NCBI RefSeq assembly: GCF_001194135.2
Contig: NC_069000.1
Coordinates: forward strand, 21,847,197-21,911,196
Direction of reading: 5' to 3'
Source of the DNA: Octopus bimaculoides
Taxonomy: Eukaryota
Length of the DNA stretch: 64,000 nt
Below, piece after piece: positions 1 through 12,305 of this stretch. The position numbers and the translations under genes are program-made. Each line of letters starts with the position of its first letter. Position 1 is the stretch's first letter. The notes under the pieces were generated by a model. That model had not been told where the DNA came from and ran no database searches. It was given only the letters and a program-made list of their open reading frames with translations.

Positions 1-65
1 TATATATATGTATATATATGTATATATATATGTATATATATATGTATATATATATGTATATATAT
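1..65. repeat. (TATATATG)n-type microsatellite
   Basis: Direct reading of the sequence. Confidence 0.95.
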
Positions 66-164
66 AGAGCCTGGTATTTATTCTGTGAGTCTCTTTTGCC
101 TAAGTTACAGAGATGTAAATAAGCCAACAGTGGTTGTCGAGTATTGGTGGGGAGGGTAAAAATA

Positions 165-207
<43 letters not shown>

Positions 208-363
208 TGGGCTTTCACACATTTTCTATCTACCAAATTCACTCACAAGGCTTTGGTCTGCTCAGAGCAATAATAGACACTTATTCAAGGTCCTGCACAA
301 TGGAACTGAACCTGAAACCATATGCTAGGAAAGCAAACATCTTAACCACACAGCCATGCCTGC
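66..363 (-). mobile_element. SINE family A (tRNA-derived head, CORE-like body), partial copy
   Basis: Matches the family blocks ctaccaaattcactcacaaggctttgg and the inverted head ...aaccacacagccatgcctgc seen in many copies here. Confidence 0.8.
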
Positions 364-419
364 CCTTGGTTTCTGGACGCTATTCCAACATTGAGGTCCA
401 ATGGTAATACTAGAAGAAA

Positions 420-530
420 TTAGCAAATTAGACTGGAGTAATGTGAAATGAAGTGTTTTGCTCAGGAACACAATGCCCTGCTGATCAGGGAATCAAAATC
501 ATGATTGTGACTGCAACACCCTAACCATTA
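420..530 (-). mobile_element. SINE family E head fragment
   Basis: gtgaaatgaagtgttttgctcaggaacacaatgc...caccctaacca, same as the copies at 16010-16282 and 42720-43020. Confidence 0.6.
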
Positions 531-1939
531 TTGTAAGTATATATGTACATGTGTGTTTGTGTGTGTGTATACTAATATGTAAATAATATACACAAATGCA
601 CACACATATATACATGTGTACATACTTGCATGCATGTACACACACACACTCACCTCCCTAGATGGAAATTGTTACTCCTTTGTGTGTCTCCCCCCTCTGT
701 CTGTCTGCCATTTTCTAAGCGCACACAGATAGTCAAATGCCCAGTAATTTATGCCTGCTGCGCACATAGCAATAAGATTTTTCCTCATTTGCTCGGTTTC
801 CAGTCTCTAGAGTTATCTCCCTTCGTTTTGTGGCTGTCCGGTCAGCTGTCTGTAATGTTGTGTCTGGTATTATTGATTCCAGCTGGATGGCGGGTTGTCT
901 ATCTGTCTCTCCGTCTGTCTGCCGACCAGCCAGGTCGGTTGGTTTTTGTTTCTGCCTGACTATTATGGAACAGCCAGTCAACCAGTATTGTCTAGCATTT
1001 TGCCATGTTTTTCTCCTTTTCCACTATCATCATAATCATCATTTCTGTTGTAATTTCCTCCTCCTTTTCCTCGTTCATATTTTTTTGTCATCACATTTTC
1101 CTTCTTCTTCGTCGTCATCATTGTCATCATATTTTTCTTCATTGTCACATTTCTCTTCATCGTTTTCCTCGTATTCTTTTTCATTGTATTCTTCTTCTTC
1201 TTCATCCTCTTCTTTTCATATTCTTATTGTTTCTCTGTTTTTTGTTTTTGCTGTCTTCAGTCTCTACATTAAATGGGATTCTAACTGATGAGCATACACA
1301 ATATCTATCTATACATTTGCACACACTCGTTCTCTACCTTTCTCACATAAACATACATCCTCTCCCTCCCTATCCACTCCCTCCTTATCCACTCTCTCTC
1401 TCTCCGTCTCTTTTTCTTACATAAACACAGACACATGCTCACACACACACAAGGTGTCTTTTAGTAACTTTATCATGCTAGGACATGTCTGCAGTTGTCA
1501 CATGACATGTCTATCTGGTATAATGTGTGTGCATCTCAGAAAGAGAGAGAGTAAGAGAAAAAGAGAAAGAGACTGCATGTAAGTGGAGTATGAGTAGTTC
1601 AATCATGTGATGCTTGCTGTCTGTACAGAGAGGGTAAGAGAGAGAGAGAGAGAGAAGGTGAGATGGGAAGCCTAATTCTCTTCTTTCAATCTTCTCTCTC
1701 CCTCTCTCTCTCACACAATTTCTCTTCATCTCTTTCACTCCCTCTTATTGCCTTTCTTTTTCTAATGCTCTAAATGAATGTTTACTTGATTTAGTGTTTG
1801 TCAGTGTTTTATTTCTTTTGTTTTTTTACCTTTTCTATTTTTCCTAACATAATTTACATAAATTTGCATGTTGCCAGGTGGGGAGAGAGGGCGAAAGGAG
1901 GAAGGAAACCAGCTGTTTGCTGAGGAAATCTTTTTCGTC

Positions 1940-2290
1940 TTTTATCTTTTACTTATTTCAGTCATTAGACTGTGGCCATGCTGGGGCACTACCTGGAAGC
2001 ATCAATCAATCCCTGTACTTATTTTTTTTTACTGATGTCTTATGGCAAACTGCTAAGTTACTGGGATTAATCAAACCAATACTGGTTTTGTCAGCAGTGG
2101 AGGTCAAGCATGCACACACACACACACACACACACACAACAGGCTTCTTTCAGTTTCCATCTATCAAATCTACTCACTAGGCTTTTGTTGGCCTAGAGCT
2201 ATAATAGAAGATACTTGCCAAAGGTGCAACACACAGGGCTTGAACCAGGAACCATGTGATTAGGAAGCGAACTTACCACACAGCCATGGC
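1940..2290 (-). mobile_element. SINE family A copy
   Basis: 3' end tatttcagtcattagactgtggccatgctgg, internal (CA)n, head ...accacacagccatgg. Confidence 0.85.
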
Positions 2291-2672
2291 AGCATATAAG
2301 ACTGCAATTTCTCATTTTCCTGCACAAAACTATTGTTGTCATCGTTAATGGCAATTAGTGTTATTATTGTGGTTAGTATTTTAGAGGTGGGGGAGGCAAG
2401 TGACAAGTGTTGTGGTTTGGCCCCAGGTCAATCTTCATTTAGTGAACTTATGATAAAAAACATTTTCCAACTGTGACCATTTCATAATTTTCAAAAGTAT
2501 ACTGGAGGATTATATGTGTCCTTCCATTATTTTTATGACTTTAAGTATAGTTAAAGGTAGATTTTAGTTATTATTTTTAGAAAGTTGACTGAACAAGGAG
2601 AGACTTCTGAAGTGTGTGTGAGAGAGAGAGAGAGACAGCCAGACAAGCAGAGAGAGAGAGAGAGAGAGACAA

Positions 2673-2783
2673 NNNNNNNNNNNNNNNNNNNNNNNNNNNN
2701 NNNNNNNNNNNNNNNNNNNNNNNNNNNNNNNNNNNNNNNNNNNNNNNNNNNNNNNNNNNNNNNNNNNNNNNNNNNNNNNNNNN
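2673..2783. other. Assembly gap inside a (GA)n/gacagccagacaagca repeat
   Basis: N run with near-identical repeat units on both flanks. Confidence 0.95.
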
Positions 2784-2924
2784 TGAGAGAGAGAGAGAGA
2801 CAGCCAGACAAGCAGAGAGAGAGAGAGAGAGAGACAACATGTGAGCATGTCTGTCCAGTATTGAGTACTTCTTATTTTACAGCTATTCACTACCTTTCCT
2901 TCAGTTATGTATTTTTTTATAACT

Positions 2925-2965
<41 letters not shown>

Positions 2966-3084
2966 AATAAACCTTTTCAAATGTTGCCGCAAGCCATTTT
3001 GAGGGAAAGAGCAAGTTGATTACTCCAAATCCCCCACCTCCCTAGTACTTGATTAGTACTTTATTCTATGCTGGTATAGACTGG

Positions 3085-3355
3085 ACAGTTTGACAAGAGC
3101 TGGCAAGTTGGAGAGCTGCACCAGGCTCAAATTGTCTGCTTTGGCTCAATTTCTACAGCTGATGCCCTTCCTAATGCCAACCACTTTACAGAGTGTATCG
3201 GGTGCTTTTTACATAGCACCAGCACGGGTACTTTATATGTGGAATCAGCATGAGCGCTTTATATGTGGGGACACCAACACCCACGAGTGTTGTAATATCT
3301 ACTTTTCCATGTTTGCATGGGTCAAATGAATATTATTGAGTCTGATTTTGCACAG
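3085..3355 (-). mobile_element. Repeat family D (RTE-type 3' tail), degenerate
   Basis: gctgatgcccttcctaatgccaaccacttt block, shared with 14393-14690. Confidence 0.65.
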
Positions 3356-3595
3356 CCAGGTGAACTTCCTGTCATGAGCCCCCACCTGTCTCCCAGCTAG
3401 GAAATAGTTCCTTGTGACCAGACAAGTTTTTGCAGAATATTGGGAATTATTGACGCTACTTGTATGATGACACTCATTTACAACTATCAGGCAATATCAA
3501 GACAAGGAGATGCAAGCAGAGAGAGACATGCACACACTCTCTTTCTCTCTCTCACACACATGCACATACACCTATATATATGTATATAAAATGTG

Positions 3596-3871
3596 TGGAG
3601 GCGCAATGGCCCAGTGGTTAGGGCAGCGGACTTGCGGTCATAGGATTGCGGTTTCGATTCCCAGACCAGGCGTTGTGAGTGTTTATTGAGCGAAAACACC
3701 TAAAGCACCACGAGGCTCCGGCAGGGGATGGTAGCGAACCCTGCTGTACTCTTCCACCACAACTTTCTCTCACTCTTACTTCCTGTTTCTGTTGTGCCTG
3801 TAATTCAAAGGGTCAGCCTTGTCACACTGTGTCACGCTGAATATCCCCGAGAACTACGTTAAGGGTACACG
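3596..3871 (+). mobile_element. SINE family B (tRNA-Arg-like head), cut by gap
   Basis: Head gtggaggcgcaatggcccagtggttagggcagcggac...gtttcgattccc has A/B-box-like motifs; nearly identical to 48872-49250. Confidence 0.9.
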
Positions 3872-4161
3872 NNNNNNNNNNNNNNNNNNNNNNNNNNNNN
3901 NNNNNNNNNNNNNNNNNNNNNNNNNNNNNNNNNNNNNNNNNNNNNNNNNNNNNNNNNNNNNNNNNNNNNNNNNNNNNNNNNNNNNNNNNNNNNNNNNNNN
4001 NNNNNNNNNNNNNNNNNNNNNNNNNNNNNNNNNNNNNNNNNNNNNNNNNNNNNNNNNNNNNNNNNNNNNNNNNNNNNNNNNNNNNNNNNNNNNNNNNNNN
4101 NNNNNNNNNNNNNNNNNNNNNNNNNNNNNNNNNNNNNNNNNNNNNNNNNNNNNNNNNNNNN
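3872..4161. other. Assembly gap
   Basis: N run. Confidence 0.99.
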
Positions 4162-4599
4162 ATCTTTATCTCCTTTCCAGATATTCCCATTCACCTTTAT
4201 ATAATGTGGGGTACACCCTATATTTTCTTTTTAGTAAGACACCTGTGCTTAACCCACTGTCATACTTTAGCTTTTCATCACCTGGGATATAGCCATCTCC
4301 CCCCCCCCTTCCTCACTCACTCAAGGTGCTTATTTTTCTTTTCTTGTCTTGTAAGCTTCTTGATGACCTCACTAGTGCCAGTGCCATGAAAAAAAGCACC
4401 TACCACACACTAAAAAGTGGTTGGCATTAGGTTGCTCATTATGTTGCATGGAAATCTTTGAAATCATGAAATGTGAGAAGAATCTTGTTGATAAATTTGA
4501 GGAATTATAAGATATCATTGCAAGATGTAAAAAAAAAACTTTCTTACATAACCAATCACCATATTTTTATTTGATATTGTGATAATAATAAAATAATAA

Positions 4600-4820
4600 T
4601 AACAGTAATTTCAAATTGTGGCACAAGGTCAGCAGTTTTGGGGGAAAAGTCAAATCGATTAAATCAATGCCAGTGCTTAGCTGGTACTTATTTTATTGAC
4701 CCCGAAAGGATGAAATGCAAAGTCAACCTTGGCAAAATCTGAACTTAGAACATAAAAATGGACAAAATACCACACTAAACATTTTACCTACTGTGCTAAC
4801 AATTCTGCCAGCTTGCTGTC
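4600..4820 (-). mobile_element. SINE family C1 copy in AAT tract
   Basis: ttgaccccgaaaggatgaaatgcaaagtcaacc core, flanked by (aat)n. Confidence 0.85.
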
Positions 4821-5194
4821 TTAAATAATAATTGTAATAATAATAATCATAATGATTTCAAATTTTAACACTAGGCCAGCAACTTTGGGGAGTTAAAGCC
4901 TTTCTTTTTACTTTTGAGGCTTGTATTCCTTTTAGGTTATCTTTGTATATTCCTTAAACTCAGCATACCAGCCTACAAATTCTGAAGATTGGGAGTGGTG
5001 TTGATATAATCGGTTAGTACCCCAGCATGGTCGTGACAGCATGTTGACAGTAATTTCTATCTATTGTACAGCAAGGGCTGACTACAAGGCAGTAGTCATA
5101 TTTGATATAATTAAGCACCAATTAAGTTGGAATGTCTTTTGCTCTACGTGTATATGTCTGTGTGCCTCTGTATATATGCTCATGTGTTATATGT

Positions 5195-5229
5195 GTATAT
5201 GCATGTATGTGTGTGTGTGTGTGTGTATG

Positions 5230-5276
<47 letters not shown>

Positions 5277-5370
5277 ATTTCCGTGTGTGTATTTATGTAT
5301 ATAGATGTGTGTGTATGTGTATATAGACATATATGTATGTATACATATATATATATATATATATATATGG
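5195..5370. repeat. Compound (TG)n/(TA)n microsatellite
   Basis: Direct reading. Confidence 0.95.
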
Positions 5371-5439
5371 TCTGTCACCCTCAGTAGATTAATCTGTGAG
5401 AACTTCTATTTGTGCTCTATAATATAATTTCTATCTCTT

Positions 5440-5875
5440 CCCCCTTGTCAAATGCTTCAATTAAAACATCTCTAAGTCTCTGTTTGAAGAGTCTTAAGCT
5501 TCCATATCCCCTTTTCCAAATTGGTTTGTGTCTTTGGCTCCTTCGAGCCCTCACTTACCTTTGTTGAGTTGTATATTCTTCACCCAAGAAGGATTTTGTA
5601 TTCACAAGCATCTATCTATCCTGTTTTCTGGTGAGAATGTAGTCAATTTGGCATTTGTGTCCACCAGATTGATATTTAATTAGATGGTATTCTGAAATTA
5701 GTGTTGCAGATAAAGTCCTTCATTTTACAGAACTCCAGTTCCCTTGTTCTGTTTTCATTTCTTGTACCAAATCATATCTTCCCTACACTCCATAAAATCT
5801 ATTACAGTGCTGCCCAAAACGACCATTGAAATCTTCAGCCATGATCATGTCATGTCTTTCATCAGCTTGTAATCT
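5440..5875 (-). pseudogene. RTE-clade LINE apurinic-endonuclease domain fossil
   Basis: Manual minus-strand translation across frameshifts and stops gives DMIMAEDFNG, LEFC, NTNF, QIDYILTRKQDR, NTKSFLGEE, IWKLK. These match RTE EN motifs (GDFNGHVG, NT.F, SQIDY.L, GEEC..QH). Confidence 0.75.
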
Positions 5876-6199
5876 GCAAAAAGGGGCTCAGAAATCTTTC
5901 TGTTCACTTGCCAGTCTGGTATGTGGAGATTATGCAGATATAAATGTCAATGTTGCATTATGCAAGATTATTTTTAGTTTAATAAACCTGTCATGCACCC
6001 TGGCTACCTTGATCTACCAAAAGTGTACCTATATTATCTACCCTGTCACTGCTCCCCATCTTGGAGAATTTGTATTTATGTTCCTTTCCCTTAAGCAGTC
6101 TAGCTGAGGCTCCCCTCCATTGTAGCTCTTGCACACAGCACACGTACGCATGCTTCTGTTGAAGCATTTCAATAATCTCACATATGCATATAGGTATAT

Positions 6200-6252
6200 G
6201 CTTATGTATATATGTTTATATGTATATGTGTGTATATATAAGGTTGTGTGTA

Positions 6253-6303
<51 letters not shown>

Positions 6304-6830
6304 GTTTCTGTATATATATATATGTGTGTGTGTATACAGGGTTGGCCAAAAGTCACCCAACAGTAAATCAAAATTCCATAAATACTATCTAATTCTGTAT
6401 TGACTTGAAAGGAAAAATGTGTTGCTTAAGAAGAACTTCAGTTTGAACGATTTTCATGATGTTTCATATTTAGATGCTTTTATGAAATTCATTCAGTTGT
6501 TAAACATAAATAAATCTTGGAATTAAATGGTTTTGATTTGCTGTCAGGTGACTTTTGGCCAACCCTGTATATATATATTTATATAATGTGTATATGTATT
6601 AGTATATTTGCATGTATATACACGTGTGTGTGTGTGTATTTGTCTCTATGTATGTATTTGCATGTCTGTGTATATATGTTTATGTGTATGTATATGTTTT
6701 TGTGTGTGTGTATGTATATTTACAGTTGTGTATATATATATATATATGTGTGTGTATATATGTATGTATATATGATATGAATATGTCTGTGCGTACGCAT
6801 ATATGTATGTATACGCACATAATTCCTCTG
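6200..6830. repeat. (TA)n/(TG)n microsatellite blocks
   Basis: Direct reading; this is the source of the YIYI/CVCV ORFs. Confidence 0.9.
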
Positions 6831-7286
6831 CCACCACCAAATAGAATAAATTTGATTCCCAGATGTTTTTCAACTCAGCATTTAATAACGAACTGAAAAT
6901 AATAAAAATTTATCTGGCTATTAATTTTTGTCAATTTTGTCTCACCGAATCTTCTTGACCTGCCAATAATGTCGATAGTAATAATAATAATTAAAATTAG
7001 AATGATAATAACAGCAGAATCTGTTATTATATTGTCCAAATTTGAAAGAAAAAAAAAAGAAAAAGAAAAAATAACCAAAACTCAACAAAAAGTAAATATG
7101 AATGAATAAAAATAATTTCATTACGTCAGCAATGCAACACCTTCTGCTCAACGTTAGGAATGGAGAGTGAGAGAGAACAAGATAGAAGCAGTAAATAGGA
7201 GAAGGAAATGCAATGAATAAAGGATAAGAAAAAACCTTGATGAACCATTTGCAAATATATGTGTGTGTGTGTGTGTGTGTGCGTGT

Positions 7287-7318
<32 letters not shown>

Positions 7319-7637
7319 GTGGGAAGAATTTCTGTTGGTAGTGTCTGGGTTGATGGGCTTATTGTGGGAGTTCTGATTGCTGCTATTTTTATTTTTGCCT
7401 AGTTTTTGTTGGTGTTTTATTTTCATCCTTTTTTTTTTTTTAATAGAATCAACTCAAATAGCGGTATATGAATTCCTCCCACCTAGTTGTGTGAGTGTGT
7501 GTGTGTGTGTGTGTGTGCATGCGCATATATATGTAAACATGCAAACACACTTCTAGATGCGTATCTGTGTTCTTCAGTTTGTTTTTCGTCCCTGTGGTCA
7601 ACCTGTACTGGAACACTCCTCCATCTCCCACTCCTCT

Positions 7638-7671
<34 letters not shown>

Positions 7672-7939
7672 GTGTGTGTGTGTGATAAACTGCGTAATAT
7701 TGATGTTTACTCATTCATATCTACACATCTCATTCAAAACTGGTCATACTCATTTTACACTACAGTATGTTTACTCCACTTTGTAGTAAAGGTGGTGGTG
7801 ATGGTGGTGACTTTAAAACTTCCCAACTAAAAATGGCTACAAAAGAAAACATAAAATATTGCGAAAAAAAATTGCAAAAAATTTTATAAGAGGTACTTTT
7901 GTCTCTGCTGGTTCCAGTCACACTGTTGCATAGCTTCCC

Positions 7940-7980
7940 TATGTACATACACACACGCACTCATGTATACATACATACAC

Positions 7981-8052
<72 letters not shown>

Positions 8053-8370
8053 GCAAATTGTATTTATATTATACGTATGCTTTAAACTCATGCCCACATA
8101 TTTATGTAACAAACATGCGCACAACTTTCCACACACACACACATCACATCACCTTTACACACATGCACACTCATACCTACAAATATGTCTATACATACAC
8201 ACTGGTATTTATACACTGCGCATACACACTCTTACATATATATATGGATATGATCATATTTGTACACACGTCACACATACACACCTACTCACACAACTCC
8301 ATTCACATACATATAATCATATTTACACAGATACACACACACACACACACACACACTTCTGTGTATGTGT
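7940..8370. repeat. (CA)n/(TA)n microsatellite and CA-rich low-complexity DNA
   Basis: Direct reading. Confidence 0.9.
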
Positions 8371-8556
8371 AGGGGTGGGGTTTTCTGTGTGGCTTACATA
8401 GGTCAGTTCATGCGTTAGACAACAGCTTTAAGCAAGTCTATTCACCATGGAACATGCTTGGTCTGTAATGGGATAGATATTATTATAAACACCAAAAATC
8501 TGTTCTTACCAACTGGATATGTTGCCATCTTCGTAAGTTAAGTCCAGTCCCCATAA

Positions 8557-8595
<39 letters not shown>

Positions 8596-8701
8596 CAGTA
8601 TTCATACATACTCATTACTTAATGTTTTTATTTTTATTGCTGATTTCACCCTTTTACTTAACGTAAATACACTTCAATTTTTTTTTCTGTGTTTGTTTGT
8701 T

Positions 8702-8732
<31 letters not shown>

Positions 8733-9567
8733 AATTTGCCTTCGTGCTGGCCCCAGTGCCTTGGGCCCTGGTGGTCAATCGGAAAAAAAGATCATCATCA
8801 TCATTAAAACAATGATAATAATATTAATAAGTACTGCGGAGATAGCTTACTCACTCGTTCGATGCAACATCGCACAGTATGTAACAACTGATTTCTTTTA
8901 TACAATCACTTAAGATTTCAAACCGATATTTTGGCTTCTTCTTTTTCTTCCTTTTTACCTTCTTTTCTTTCCTTCTATTTATTTTCATTCTTCCTTATTT
9001 TCCTTATTTTGCTTTATTTCCTTTTTCTCTTTTTCCTCCCCCTTTTTGCCATTTTCTTCCCTTTTTTTCATTCTCTTCAGGTATGTCTCATTTTCCTGTT
9101 TTTTTTTTCTTCTTTTTTTTCTCATTTCCTTTTTTTCCTTTTTTCTTCTTCTATCTTTCGATTTCTTCCTTATCATTCTGACAGCTCCTTCATAGCCTTT
9201 TCCTTGTTACTGTTTTGTCCCCGCTACCATTACTGCTGAAACCAGTAAAATCTTGGATACCTATGGAAGTTTATAGTTTACCCAGGTGTTCTGTTGCAAA
9301 ACTGACTTAGGGGGTCAGAACTGGGATCTACATTGGCCAGATTCTCTCATTTCCTTTCTGATCCCTGAAATATCAGATTTAGTGCTGATGCTATTGTTAT
9401 GGTGGGAGTTTCATTGATTTGGCTGTTAGTTTTCTTACCTCTAATTATTGCTGTTACACCGATAGTGATGATACTGATTATGTCAGTAATAATATGGCTG
9501 TCCTAGTACCATGGCACACGTAGTACACAAAAATGTGTACCTATAACAAAACCTGTGTCTAAATGTC

Positions 9568-9622
9568 ATCCTTCTTCTTCTTCTTCTTCTTCTTCTTCTT
9601 CTTCTTCTTCTACTACTATTAC

Positions 9623-9675
<53 letters not shown>

Positions 9676-9676
9676 C
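9568..9676. repeat. Compound (CTT)n-(TAC/TAT)n microsatellite
   Basis: Direct reading; abuts the 3' end of an R4-like element. Confidence 0.95.
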
Positions 9677-9678
9677 TT

Positions 9679-10088
9679 ATGCGCCAAACAGATTATTATC
9701 ATTTCATATACGCACAAATTTCTGACATCAGACTACAAGTTACCTTTGATGCCAAGAACCTTCCTAAATATGCTAGTTGTCCCTAATAATACAGTTTTCT
9801 GGGGCTGCACTAAACTTAGCTTTATGCCTATTTCCTCTCTCCATCTATTTAAATCTTTAAGAACAGTTCCTAATGCCCCTATAACTACAGAGATACATTA
9901 TATTTGCACTTCCTATAGCTTCTTTACCTCAATGGCTAGGTCCTGGTACTTTGCTAGTTTCTCTACACCTCTCATATTGACTTTCTCATCATTTGGGACT
10001 GTAAAGTCAATTGCCTCATATTTTCTATCCTCTTTGTTTAGTACTACTACTAAATCAGACCTTCTAACTTCTATTCTGTCAGTCTGAA
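9679..10088 (-). mobile_element. R4/Dong-like non-LTR retrotransposon 3' fragment (RLE domain)
   Basis: Minus strand reads RIEVRRSDLVVVLNKEDRKYEAIDFTVPNDEKV...EKLAKYQDLAIEVKKL*...VVIGALGTV...QKTVLLGTTSIFRKVL. This is the PD..D..K RLE C-terminus typical of the R4 clade. Confidence 0.85.
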
Positions 10089-10112
10089 TGTTATCATCAT
10101 CATCATCATCAT

Positions 10113-10335
10113 TATTATTATGGCAGCATATTGGCAGAATCATTAGTGCGTCAGACAAAATGTTTAGTAACATTTCTTCGGTTCTTTATATTCTGAGTTC
10201 AAATGCCATTGAATTCAACTTTACCTTGGATTCTTTTGGGGTTGATAAATAAAATACTGGTCAAGTACTGGGGTTGGTGTAATTTGTAAACCCTGCTTCC
10301 CCTAAAACTGCTGGCCTTGTACCAAAATTTGAAAC
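10113..10335 (+). mobile_element. SINE family C1 copy
   Basis: Head ggcagcatattggcagaatcattag, ttctgagttcaaat B-box-like motif, tail ccttgtaccaaaatttgaaac. Confidence 0.85.
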
Positions 10336-10379
10336 ATCATCATCATCATCATCATCATTATTATTATTATTATTATTAT

Positions 10380-10570
10380 TATGGCAAACTGGCAGAATTA
10401 GCAGCACGCTGGATAAAATGCATGGCGGTGGGTTCAAATTCTTCTGAGGTTGACTTTGATTTTCATCTTCTTGGGGTCAATGAGATAAGTATCAGCTGAG
10501 CACGGGGGCTGATATAATTGACTAAACTTCCCCCTAAAATTGTAAGCTTCATGTGTACAATAGAAAGGAT
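10380..10570 (+). mobile_element. SINE family C1 copy
   Basis: Same blocks, in an (ATT)n tract. Confidence 0.8.
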
Positions 10571-10591
10571 TATTATTATTATTATAATTAT

Positions 10592-10795
10592 TGGTTTCAA
10601 ATTTTGGCACAAGGCCAGCAATTTTAGGGGCGGGAATGAATCAATTACATCAATCCCAGTACTCAACTTGTACTTATTTCATCGACCCCGAATGGATGAA
10701 AGGCAAAGTTGATCTTGGTGGCATTTGAACTCAGAACAATAAGCTGCCACTAGGCATTTTGTTCAGCATGTTAACAATTCTGCCAGCTTACCATA
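10592..10795 (-). mobile_element. SINE family C1 copy
   Basis: Inverted copy: cgaccccgaatggatgaaaggcaaagttga. Confidence 0.85.
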
Positions 10796-10804
10796 ATAAT
10801 AATA

Positions 10805-11015
10805 ATCCTTTCTATTATGGACACAAAGCCTGAAATTTTGGGGGAGGGGTTAAGTTGATTATATCGACTCCAGTGTGTAACTGGTACTTATTTCATTGAC
10901 CCTGAAAGGATGAAAGGCAAAGTTGACTGGTGGAATTTGAACTCAGATTATAAGGACAGATGAAATGCTGTTAAGCATTTTGCCCAGCGTGCTAACGATT
11001 CTGCCAGCTTGCCAT
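10805..11015 (-). mobile_element. SINE family C1 copy
   Basis: Inverted copy between (aat)n tracts. Confidence 0.85.
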
Positions 11016-11045
11016 AATAATAATAATAATAATAATGATAATAAT

Positions 11046-11460
11046 ATTTGAAAAGTTTAAATATAATAGAGGTCTCAGAACATTTGAAAAGTTAAATAAA
11101 TAAAATAGAGGTCTCAAAAATGTGGTATCTAAAAACAACAGTACCTGTAATCATCAGAGCTTTGGGGGCAATACCAAATGGTACTCTTAAACACTATGGC
11201 CAAATACCAGAAATCCCAAAAGTATCAGAGCTATAAGAAATTGTTCTCGTGGGTTACTGCCCACATCCTAAGAAAAAACATTGTCAATGATACTCTTAAA
11301 ACTCTTTCAAAACTGAAATATTACAAATTTCGCAGAATTTTAGTTCTCCGACTCTGATTTCCTTCCTCTTCATCATTGCTTATCATAAATGACATCTATA
11401 AAACATCCAACTTACTGTTACTTGAGGTCTCTGGGCGAGACTAGTACCAAGTCTTATAAT
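11046..11460 (+). mobile_element. R4/Dong-like retrotransposon 3' fragment with 3' UTR
   Basis: Reads IEVSKMWYLKTTVPVIIRALGAIP...EIVL..TAHILRKTLS; preceded by (aat)n. Confidence 0.8.
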
Positions 11461-12084
11461 TTGTAGAAAGAGACCCCACAAGAGCTCTGATAACAGCTTG
11501 ATATCTGCTCTTAGAGAATCAGCCAGAGCAAGTAAGACTGAGAGCCCTGATAAGTAAAATATAATATAACTAGCAAGACCCATGAATATTTCATGGAATT
11601 AATGGTAGACTTATTGGATTATTTTTGAAAACTTTATCCAAAAAAATCTGTAATAGAAGCCTGTGTTGTATCTATATCAAAAGATAGTCACTCATCTGCT
11701 AATCAGTGAAAAGTGAAGGATGTTGGAATATGATGATTACTTAATGCACTTTATATATATATTTTATATACTTAGGCACAGTTTTTTAGACTTAATATAC
11801 AACACTCCATCTTTCCCTTTCTCAGTTTTCACCTTATTCTCTTTCTTTTTTCTTTTGCTCTTTGCCTTTCCCTTCAACTAATCACATGTAAGTATTACAG
11901 ATGAACTAAGTAACGGAGGAAAAAAAAACTTAGTTGAAAACAATACACATTTCACTCACCACCACCTCTCCCTTCCTTTCTTTCCTCCTGTCCTCCCTCC
12001 CCTACCTACCTAACACCCCCCTTTTCCAAATAATCACATGTAAGCGTTACGGACAGGCTAAGTAATGGAGTGACAAGCAGATTT

Positions 12085-12305
12085 ATCATAGGATGGTTTC
12101 AGATTTTGGTACAAGGCAAGCAATTTCAGGGGTAAAGGTAAGTCAATTACATCAACCCCAGTACTCAACTGGTATTCATTTTATCAACTCCAAAAGGAAG
12201 AAAGGCAAAGTTGACCTCGGCAGCATTTAAACTCACTATGTTAAGTCAAAAGAAAATGCTGCAAAGCGTTTTTTCAGCATGCTAATGATTCTGCCAGCTC
12301 ACCTC
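12085..12305 (-). mobile_element. SINE family C1 copy
   Basis: Family core and head present. Confidence 0.85.

Noticed and set aside
2620-2840. Duplicated gacagccagacaagca unit around a gap
   Set aside because: Copy number cannot be known across the Ns; it is likely the same repeat assembled twice.
9563-10087. 174-aa plus-strand ORF, the longest in the track
   Set aside because: It is microsatellite plus the antisense strand of the R4-like fragment.
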